Shown in pieces: positions 25,748 through 32,000 of a stretch of 32,000 nucleotides of DNA. The stretch is from Bacteroidales bacterium (GTDB lineage Bacteria; Bacteroidota; Bacteroidia; Bacteroidales; UBA12077). The stretch spans positions 82,924-114,923 of the forward strand of contig JANQHR010000046.1 in assembly GCA_028282585.1 (NCBI GenBank). The letters run 5' to 3'. Made by a program: the position numbers and the translations under genes. The notes below the pieces were generated by a model. It had not been told where the DNA came from. It ran no database searches and saw only the letters and a program-made list of their open reading frames with translations. Position 1 is the first letter of the stretch. Each line of letters opens with the position of its first letter.

Positions 25748-25788
25748 TTTAAAAACGATATTATTTAATCCGATAAAAGCAATTATGT

Positions 25789-26034
25789 TCAGTTCCTATT
25801 TTTATTGATAAGATTAATGATATTATCAATAGAACTAAAATTTGAGATATCAATATCTTCATTATTTACAGAAATACTAAACTCACTCTCCACATAACTA
25901 AGCAGTTTCATTGCAAAAAGAGAATTAACAAATCCTTTTTCAAAAATGTTATCACTATCAGAAAAAATGACTTCATCATTAAAAACTATTAAATTGCTTT
26001 CGATGAATTTTCTAATCTTATCTTTAGTTTCCAT
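25789..26034 (-). CDS. Stand-alone acyl carrier protein (FkbJ-like)
   Basis: 81 aa with ATG at 26032-26034. Carrier motif FEKGFVNSLFAMKLLSYVE (Ser within VNSL at the DSL position). It lies between the FkbH-like and methyltransferase genes. Confidence 0.75.
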   Translation of the reverse strand: METKDKIRKFIESNLIVFNDEVIFSDSDNIFEKGFVNSLFAMKLLSYVESEFSISVNNEDIDISNFSSIDNIINLINKNRN

Positions 26035-26046
26035 AATTTTAAAAAT

Positions 26047-27081
26047 TTAGTTTATTGATAATTTAATATATGGTGGAAATTCTTGAATTTTTTCAAGAGT
26101 ATTTTCGAATTTTATGTAGCCGTTATCTAAAACTAATACTTCCTTAAAATTGGAAAATTTATATGTTACGTACATCATTTTATTACGATCCGTCTTGATA
26201 AAATCTGCAGTTACCTTTTTATTTTCTGTTTTTGCTTGTTTCATAATATAAGAAAGTAGTACTGATCCTACACCACGTGATATAACTCGACAAGACATTA
26301 ATAATAGTTTTACTTCCCATGTAATTTCGGTAATATGTATTAAACCCAAACCTATTTTTCCATATGATCCATACTTGTCTTTTAATTCACAAACCAATAA
26401 TTTATGATTAGGAGATGATCTAAAATAGTTAAGTTCCTTATAACTATATGTTTTCCCTGTTGCATTTAATTGATTAGTACGCACAGTCAACTCCTCGGCT
26501 CGTTGAAGATCTTCTTCAGCTGCTTCTGAAATAATAAATTCCATATTTAATGAGGCTAAAAACTCATCTTTGGGTCCTTCATACTCTTCTTCAAGTCTTG
26601 TTCTTTTAATATTCTCAAGATACATTAATCTTCTTCGTTGAGAATCTTTTGTTATAAATTTCGGATTAAATCGTGATCTAGATAATAATTCTTTATAATC
26701 TACTGAATCAATACATTCAACTTGAGGACACTGGGATTTAACCTCCTCTCTTTCATATGGTTGATCATCAATAAAAACAATTGTATCAATTCCAATATTT
26801 AAATCTTTTTGTATTTGAGCGACCGATGCTGACTTAGCATTCCAATTAATTTGAGGATATAAAAAATAATGATCTATGCTGAATTCTTTCAATTTTCTCA
26901 TAGCATCATCATAGTTATTCTTACTTGATATTGAGTTTAAAATCCCTCTAGAATCTAATGTATTTAATATATCCTCTATACCGGTTTTTAATTTTATGGT
27001 TTTAGACTCAGTTAAAACATTATCCCAAATTGTGTTATCTAAATCCCAAATAACACATTTAACCTCTTTCTTATATTCCAC
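26047..27081 (-). CDS. FkbH-like protein (HAD-IIIC phosphatase + acyltransferase, glyceryl-ACP forming)
   Basis: 344 aa with an apparent GTG start at 27079-27081. HAD motif I VIWDLDNTIWD, SISSKN (motif II-like), IVFIDDQPYERE. The C-terminal half carries LLLMSCRVISRGVG, matching the FkbH-family SCRVxxRG Cys motif as I recall it. Confidence 0.8.
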   Translation of the reverse strand: MEYKKEVKCVIWDLDNTIWDNVLTESKTIKLKTGIEDILNTLDSRGILNSISSKNNYDDAMRKLKEFSIDHYFLYPQINWNAKSASVAQIQKDLNIGIDTIVFIDDQPYEREEVKSQCPQVECIDSVDYKELLSRSRFNPKFITKDSQRRRLMYLENIKRTRLEEEYEGPKDEFLASLNMEFIISEAAEEDLQRAEELTVRTNQLNATGKTYSYKELNYFRSSPNHKLLVCELKDKYGSYGKIGLGLIHITEITWEVKLLLMSCRVISRGVGSVLLSYIMKQAKTENKKVTADFIKTDRNKMMYVTYKFSNFKEVLVLDNGYIKFENTLEKIQEFPPYIKLSIN

Positions 27082-27099
27082 CTTATTAATAGATAAACA

Positions 27100-27954
27100 T
27101 TAGTATTTATAAAATCCTTTGCCCGTTTTTTTACCATAATCTCCAGCATGTACCATTTTTTTCAACAAAGGACAACATCTAAATTTAGGATCCTGATATT
27201 CCTCATAAAGAACATCTAACGAATTAACAACCGTATCTAAACCTATTAAGTCAGCTGTTTCTAACGGGCCCATTTTATGGCCATAACCACGCTTAAATAT
27301 TTCATCAATTTTATCAGGGCTAGCAACTTGGTCTTGAACCAAAAATGCAGCTTCATTCATAAATAAATGTGACAGTCGATTTGCAACAAAACCTGGAAAG
27401 TCTTCTACAACTATTGCCTTTTTATTTAATAGTTTAAGTATTTTCTCTGCTTTATCAATTGTGTCTTTACTAGTATGATATCCTTTAACAACTTCCACTA
27501 TATTTTTAAGTGGAACGGGATTCATAAAATGTAATCCAATCACGTTTTCGGATTTTTCAAATTCGCCTGCAATTTTAGTTATTGAAATACAACTAGTATT
27601 TACAGCAAAAATTTCCCATTCAATTTTTTCGTTTTTTAACTCTGTGTATAAACTCTTTTTAGTATTCCAATTTTCGGTTATATTTTCAACAATAATATCA
27701 AGTTCTTTAAAATCCTCCCATTCTTTTGTAAAAGTAATCTTAGCCAAAACGTGCTCTGTACTTACATGAGCAAATTCCTGTTTTATCATTTTCACTAACC
27801 TTAATTCACTACCTAGCTTTTGTTTGGCATTAAGTAGTGCATTTTCTGAAATATCCTTCAATATTACATTACAATTGTTCAGTGCAAAATCAAGAGCAAC
27901 GCCTACTCCCATAACCCCTGCTCCGATTACACCAACACTTATTTCTTTATTCAT
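27100..27954 (-). CDS. 3-hydroxyacyl-CoA/ACP dehydrogenase (FkbK-like)
   Basis: The ORF is open to 28014, but the ATG at 27952-27954 (MNKEISVGVIGAGVMGVGVA) places the Rossmann GxGxxG at the normal N-terminal position. Other motifs: HFMNPVP, GFVANRL, MGPLETADLIGLD. Confidence 0.85.
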   Translation of the reverse strand: MNKEISVGVIGAGVMGVGVALDFALNNCNVILKDISENALLNAKQKLGSELRLVKMIKQEFAHVSTEHVLAKITFTKEWEDFKELDIIVENITENWNTKKSLYTELKNEKIEWEIFAVNTSCISITKIAGEFEKSENVIGLHFMNPVPLKNIVEVVKGYHTSKDTIDKAEKILKLLNKKAIVVEDFPGFVANRLSHLFMNEAAFLVQDQVASPDKIDEIFKRGYGHKMGPLETADLIGLDTVVNSLDVLYEEYQDPKFRCCPLLKKMVHAGDYGKKTGKGFYKY

Positions 27955-28030
27955 TTTTCTATTTTTAATAAACAATCTATATATGTTAGAATGGATGTAT
28001 CCAGTATGTTGCAACTATAGTTGACTGAAT

Positions 28031-31000
28031 TTAATTATTCAAAAAGCTATTTTTCATAAAATCTTTTCCTTCTTCTAAAGTTTCGAAATTATTCACAGTA
28101 GTATTTTCTTCACTCTGTTCAGATTCCAAATGATCTGTTAATCCTTTTATAGTGGTATACGTAAATAAGGTTGTAATAGGAATTTCTTTGTCGAGTAACT
28201 CGTTTAGTTTAGTATTCACTAAAATTAAACTTAAAGAGCTTCCTCCGAGATCAAAGAAATTATCATTTACACCTATTCTATTTAGTTTTAAAACTTCTTT
28301 CCAAATTGCTTCAACCGACTTCTCCATTTTGCTTTCAGGTGCAACATATGTTGTCCCTGTCATGGCCCTATCTTTTTGCGGTGCAGGAAGTGATTTAAAG
28401 TCAATTTTACCACTAATTGTCAACGGAATAGAAGGAATCTCTGTGAAATATGAAGGTACCATATATTCAGGTAATGATTCTAATAGAAATTCTCTTAAGG
28501 TATTTGAATTAACATTTTCTGAAAAACCATTCACCGGAATGAAATAAGCTGCAATATATTTCTCATCATCTCTAATATTTACTTTTTCGCTCACCCCCAG
28601 CCTTCTTAAAAAGTTACCATATGCCTTTTCGGAGACCTTACAATTTAAATCTTCTTCAACGTTCTCAAGGGATAAGTGATCTAGTCTTTTTTCCCAACTT
28701 GTTGCTGAACCATAATAATGAAATCCATGATCTTTCATAAAACCATAATCTCCAATTTCTTTTATAGCACAGTTTGTTGAATAAACTGCAAAGTCTTTTT
28801 TCTTTTTCCAGTATGAGTCTTGTTTATTTAAATAGGTTATTAAATCCTCATTTTTAATATCACAAAACCTATAAAAATCCAGAAACCTCACTTTATCATG
28901 TATTCTACCGTCCGTTACTACATCTATATCAACTAAGTCAAATATTTTACTATCAATCTTTGGAGTATTCTTTTGCATATTTAATATTTCCTTTTCAATT
29001 AACTGATTATCCATATTTTCAGATTTCATGAAAATATTAAGTTTGTTTTCAATTATTTGACCCCTTGAAAGTGTAGCTCCAATAACAACTTTAATATCGT
29101 GTTTGTAAGCATACTCAGCAGCAAGCGAACTTGATACATGAAAACATCCCCTACATACAGTCGAAAAGGATTTCATACTTTCTTTAAGTATAATATCAGA
29201 TATATCGTGCTTTAAAATGATATTTTCAACACCCAACGATGATGTTACATATTTTATATTCTTAATATCTGATTTAGAAAAGTAACCATTGTCATATGTT
29301 AAAGTTAATACCTTCAAACCCATTTTAACCAGTTGATATAAAGCATAACCTGCTCCCCGTCCTCCTGCATAAAGTAAAATACAATCATATTTACTTTCTT
29401 TATCTTTATTTTGCTCTTTTACAAAAGTTTGAAGATCATCTAAAGATTTAAAATATTCATTAATGACTTTACTATTTTTTTCCAAGGAATTACACTGGTT
29501 ACAGATATTACTGTCATCTATCTTAATCTCTGGATAAGTAGAATTAATTCCGCATTTTTTACAATATTTTAATTCCGGTTTATCATCCTTTGGCGACCTA
29601 ACCATTAAAACACAGTCCTTAATATTCTGATGTTTTTGTAAAGCATTCTTTATTTCTCCAAGTTCAATTCTATATCCTCTAACCTTAACCTGTTCGTCTT
29701 TTCTTCCTTTAATTTCAATATTCCCATCTATTAACCTTCTACCAATATCTCCGGTTTTATAAAGTTTCCCTTCTCCAAATGGATTATCAATAAATACTTC
29801 ATTTGTTTTTTTCCAATTATTAATATATCCTCTTGCAATACTATCTCCTGCTATACAAATCTCACCATAATAACCAAGTGGTTTTTGTTGTAAATCGTCC
29901 GAAAGAATATATACTTGATTATTTGCAACATTATTGCCAATAGGAATTATTTCTCGAGTATCATCTTTCTTTAAAGGATAAAATGTATTATTAATAGTAC
30001 CTTCTGTTGGACCATAAGTATTAACAACCCTACCTTCCAAATAATTATGGAAATTTCTAACAACATTGGCAGCAACAGGTTCAGCTCCTATAAACAGGAG
30101 TGGTATTTTAATTTTAATATCATTTTCATAGGAATCTAAAATATGGGTAATAGCAGTAAACATAGATGCTGTGCAGTACATCTTTGTAATTTCAGTAGCT
30201 TTTGACAGAAGTTTTATTAAATGGTTAGCATCTTTACTTATTATGTCATTAATGACTTTTACTTTAGCACCTTTGTACAATGGCCAAAATACTTCGAAAA
30301 CTGACGGATCGAATGTAAGATTTGTACGTTGTGCCATTACATCAGTTTCTAACATCCCAAATTCCTTATCCATCCAGAATACACAATTATTTACTTGTTT
30401 GTGTTCCACCATTACACCTTTTGGCACTCCTGTTGATCCTGATGTGTACATAACAAAAGCCAAATCACTACCATTGGTGGGTATATCCAAATTCGAAGAT
30501 GGTTTATCTTTTAATTGATCAACCATTTGATCAATAATTATAATATTCCTGGTATCCAGCACATTTTTTTGTAATATTTTTTTATATACAATTCCATTTA
30601 TAGACTCTAGTTGCCTAGTATCAGGAATATTAAAGTCATTCTTAAAAAATTCCTTAAGTAATTCTTCAAAAGTATATTCTCCTTCACCAAGTACAGCTAA
30701 ATCAACATTTTCATCTTTTAGAATAGTATCGTAATCACTTGATGCATACGGCCCACCTACAATTAATGGAACCTTTATTCCCCAATTTCTAATAATAGAA
30801 ACTGTTTGGTGAAAAAAGTCTCTGTAAAAAGTCAAAGTTCTTATTCCAATTAGATCTGGATTAAACTCTTTTACCAAGGTTTGCAACTCCTGGTAATTAT
30901 CAAAATCAACACCTGCCTTATATATAAGCCCATCGATCTTATCCTTGAATTTCTTTTTAAGATATGTCAATAAGTATACTAAACCAATAGGTTGTTCAAC

Positions 31001-32000
31001 AACCTTATATAGCATACTGTGACTACTGAAGTGCTGAGATAAATCTAATAGCAGTATTCTTTTTTGATTTTGTTTTTTTTCGCTTGCTGTATTACCTGAA
31101 CTGTTAAAAACTATTGGCGCATCAATTTTTATTTTTTGATCGAATTTTAGCTGTGTATTATTTAATCCGGCAAGCTCCATAATATCTTCAACATTATTAA
31201 TTTCAACAGGCAAATAAGCATTATATTTTTGTATAAGGGCCGTTTCATTTAAGACCTTCATCTGTGCCGGAAGTACCTGTTTAAGCCGATCTTTATTAAG
31301 AAAATACTCATTCATAAAATCAGCCTGATACTTTCTTGTAAAAGATTTCGGAAATGGTAAAGTTTCCGGTAGTTCATGAAATGCCCTATCTTTTGAATTC
31401 ATTATATCACTTTTTCGCACTCCATTTTTCAAAGCAAATTCTTCCATTTCTGTATTTGGAAAGATTTTTAGAATATGTATATATGGAAAATGTAACCATT
31501 TAATATCCTTTATAAATTTTAGGGTCATCATAGCTTCCTCTTCTGTTTCGGTTGGGAATCCATGCATGGTTGCCATTTCCAGTATTACATGTGGATGAGT
31601 ATTTGCTATATAGTTTACAACATCACGAAATTTATCAAGGTTTAGGTTCTTTTTTAGTAATTTTTGTAACCTTGGGGAGGCTGTTTCCAATGATAAATTA
31701 ATTCCTCTGGTACCTGCTTCTACCATCAAATCAATATAATCCGGAGTCATGATATCTCCTCTTAAACCATTTGGAAAGAATAACTGAATATCAAGCTTAT
31801 TTTTTACAATATTTTGAAGAAGCGCGCCACTTTCTCGTAAATTCAAATTAAAACAATCATCAATAACAGCAAAGTTCCGAACACCTTTTTTATAAAAAGA
31901 TTTTATTTCCTCGAAAATATTATCACCACTTCTATGGACATGGTGTTTAGACCAAATTTTATGACAATAAAGACATTTATACGGGCACCCCCGTGTTGTT
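28031..32000 (-). CDS. NRPS, 5'-truncated by the window edge: ...A(A1-A2 outside window) - radical SAM - B12-binding-like - A(A3-A8) - Zn-ribbon/PP-loop-like domain - A(A9-A10) - T
   Basis: The ORF track starts at a TTG (31846), but the frame stays open to nt 32000. My hand translation of 31847-31999 gives TTRGCPYKCLYCHKIWSKHHVHRSGDNIFEEIKSFYKKGVRNFAVIDDCFN, colinear with aa 683-733 of the 1-4947 protein. The stop is at 28031-28033. Confidence 0.9.
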   Translation of the reverse strand, partial: TTRGCPYKCLYCHKIWSKHHVHRSGDNIFEEIKSFYKKGVRNFAVIDDCFNLNLRESGALLQNIVKNKLDIQLFFPNGLRGDIMTPDYIDLMVEAGTRGINLSLETASPRLQKLLKKNLNLDKFRDVVNYIANTHPHVILEMATMHGFPTETEEEAMMTLKFIKDIKWLHFPYIHILKIFPNTEMEEFALKNGVRKSDIMNSKDRAFHELPETLPFPKSFTRKYQADFMNEYFLNKDRLKQVLPAQMKVLNETALIQKYNAYLPVEINNVEDIMELAGLNNTQLKFDQKIKIDAPIVFNSSGNTASEKKQNQKRILLLDLSQHFSSHSMLYKVVEQPIGLVYLLTYLKKKFKDKIDGLIYKAGVDFDNYQELQTLVKEFNPDLIGIRTLTFYRDFFHQTVSIIRNWGIKVPLIVGGPYASSDYDTILKDENVDLAVLGEGEYTFEELLKEFFKNDFNIPDTRQLESINGIVYKKILQKNVLDTRNIIIIDQMVDQLKDKPSSNLDIPTNGSDLAFVMYTSGSTGVPKGVMVEHKQVNNCVFWMDKEFGMLETDVMAQRTNLTFDPSVFEVFWPLYKGAKVKVINDIISKDANHLIKLLSKATEITKMYCTASMFTAITHILDSYENDIKIKIPLLFIGAEPVAANVVRNFHNYLEGRVVNTYGPTEGTINNTFYPLKKDDTREIIPIGNNVANNQVYILSDDLQQKPLGYYGEICIAGDSIARGYINNWKKTNEVFIDNPFGEGKLYKTGDIGRRLIDGNIEIKGRKDEQVKVRGYRIELGEIKNALQKHQNIKDCVLMVRSPKDDKPELKYCKKCGINSTYPEIKIDDSNICNQCNSLEKNSKVINEYFKSLDDLQTFVKEQNKDKESKYDCILLYAGGRGAGYALYQLVKMGLKVLTLTYDNGYFSKSDIKNIKYVTSSLGVENIILKHDISDIILKESMKSFSTVCRGCFHVSSSLAAEYAYKHDIKVVIGATLSRGQIIENKLNIFMKSENMDNQLIEKEILNMQKNTPKIDSKIFDLVDIDVVTDGRIHDKVRFLDFYRFCDIKNEDLITYLNKQDSYWKKKKDFAVYSTNCAIKEIGDYGFMKDHGFHYYGSATSWEKRLDHLSLENVEEDLNCKVSEKAYGNFLRRLGVSEKVNIRDDEKYIAAYFIPVNGFSENVNSNTLREFLLESLPEYMVPSYFTEIPSIPLTISGKIDFKSLPAPQKDRAMTGTTYVAPESKMEKSVEAIWKEVLKLNRIGVNDNFFDLGGSSLSLILVNTKLNELLDKEIPITTLFTYTTIKGLTDHLESEQSEENTTVNNFETLEEGKDFMKNSFLNN
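28127..28354 (-). other. Peptidyl carrier (T) domain
   Basis: Track aa ~1165-1240. MEKSVEAIWKEVLK...FFDLGGSSLSLILV, with Ser at aa 1204. Confidence 0.88.
28367..28570 (-). other. Adenylation domain segment A9-A10
   Basis: Track aa ~1093-1160. EKYIAAYFIP, LPEYMVP (A9), PLTISGKIDFKSLP (A10, Lys517 equivalent present). Confidence 0.85.
28571..29584 (-). other. Zinc-ribbon + PP-loop-like adenine-nucleotide-alpha-hydrolase-type domain (WbpG/N-acetyl-sugar-amidotransferase-like) inserted between A8 and A9
   Basis: Track aa ~755-1092. YCKKC...(16 aa)...ICNQC (nt 29492-29563), then KYDCILLYAGGRGAGYALYQLVKMGLKVLTLTYDNGYFS. AGGRGAG (nt 29348-29368, verified) occupies the SGGxDS PP-loop position. Further downstream are STVCRGCFHV and LGVENII. 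The layout matches the CxxC..CxxC + YDCI-x-x-SGGKDS + 'vDnGw' pattern I recall for this family. Confidence 0.55.
29603..30484 (-). other. Adenylation domain segment A3-A8; hand-extracted code DPFYFGTINK (no match to any code I can recall)
   Basis: Track aa ~455-748. YTSGSTGVPKG (A3), TFDPSVFE (A4), NTYGPTEGTIN (A5), GEICIAGDSIARGY (A6), YKTGD (A7), GRKDEQVKVRGYRIELGEIK (A8). Confidence 0.85.
30647..31063 (-). other. B12-binding-like domain (paralogue of 1528-1962)
   Basis: Track aa ~262-400. KRILLLDLS...EQPIGLVYLLTYLKK...ELQTLVKEFNPDLIGIRT...VPLIVGGPYASSDYDTIL...VDLAVLGEGEYTFEELL...INGIVYKK. Confidence 0.7.
31172..32000 (-). other. Radical SAM core domain (paralogue of 2068-3015), partial at the window edge
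   Basis: CPYKCLYC, with Cys codons at 31985-31987, 31973-31975 and 31964-31966 (verified). AVIDDCFNL, LETASPRLQKLLKKNL, MHGFPTETEEEA. By eye, roughly 60% identical to the other copy across the aligned block I compared. Confidence 0.85.
31532..31567. repeat. 36-nt dispersed repeat, copy B (35/36 identical to 2437-2472)
   Basis: See copy A. The coordinates were counted directly on the sequence lines. Confidence 0.9.

Noticed and set aside
27955-28014. N-terminal extension of the FkbK-like ORF (MQHTGYIHSNIYRLFIKNRK...), and similarly the TTG-initiated extension of the FkbI-like ORF (25035-25058).
   Set aside because: The extensions have no homology-like features and would displace the Rossmann GxGxxG from its usual N-terminal position. 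Internal ATG codons (27954 and 25034) give conventional N-termini, and the second removes the overlap with the upstream gene. I could not prove this without alignments.
860-30518. Seventeen plus-strand ORFs of 61-157 aa in the supplied track (for example 9998-10471, 28152-28547, 30171-30518).
   Set aside because: Each lies wholly antisense inside a long minus-strand CDS whose translation carries dense, canonical NRPS/PKS motifs. Their own translations are low-complexity (Leu/Ser/Phe/Ile-rich) with no recognisable motif. The cluster of them at 15334-16400 is explained by the locally higher GC content.
1-32000. Searched by eye for tRNA/rRNA genes, CRISPR-like repeat-spacer arrays, and transposase, integrase or IS termini. 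Also searched for epimerisation, thioesterase or reductase release domains (GxSxG after a final T, HHxxxDG in an E-type context).
   Set aside because: None was found. Coding sequence on the minus strand accounts for all but about 0.5 kb of the window. All His-motif domains have C-type flanking motifs, and both complete multidomain proteins with a terminal carrier end shortly after it.

Overview
The whole 32 kb window is one co-directional (minus-strand) segment of a hybrid NRPS/PKS biosynthetic gene cluster. The genome is very AT-rich (roughly 27-33% GC in hand-counted 60-nt lines). Most start codons lack Shine-Dalgarno motifs, which is Bacteroidota-like but unproven. In transcription order (32000 -> 1) the genes are as follows. 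(1) A 5'-truncated NRPS whose adenylation (A) domain is interrupted twice: a radical-SAM + B12-binding-like didomain sits between core motifs A2/A3, and a zinc-ribbon + PP-loop-like (WbpG/N-type ATP-pyrophosphatase-like) domain sits between A8/A9. (2) A five-gene FkbK/FkbH/ACP/methyltransferase/FkbI-like cassette, as used for methoxymalonyl-ACP extender units. (3) A 3348-aa PKS-NRPS, KS-AT-KR-DH-CP-C-A(Gly)-T-C. (4) A stand-alone RimO/MiaB-like radical-SAM methylthiotransferase homologue. (5) A 2398-aa NRPS, truncated C-A(Asx-like)-T-GT-C-A(Ser)-T, with an in-line GT-B glycosyltransferase domain. (6) A 1648-aa NRPS, docking-C-A(Asx-like, interrupted by a second radical-SAM/B12 didomain)-T. No release domain, regulator, transporter, RNA gene, CRISPR array or mobile element is visible, and the cluster continues past both edges. 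The most unusual features are the circularly permuted class-B-like radical SAM units nested inside A domains, the doubly interrupted A domain, the embedded GT, and a GC-richer island that coincides exactly with the Gly A domain. All calls rest on hand-read motifs. Domain borders are approximate (+/- ~30 aa), and no HMM or database search was run.
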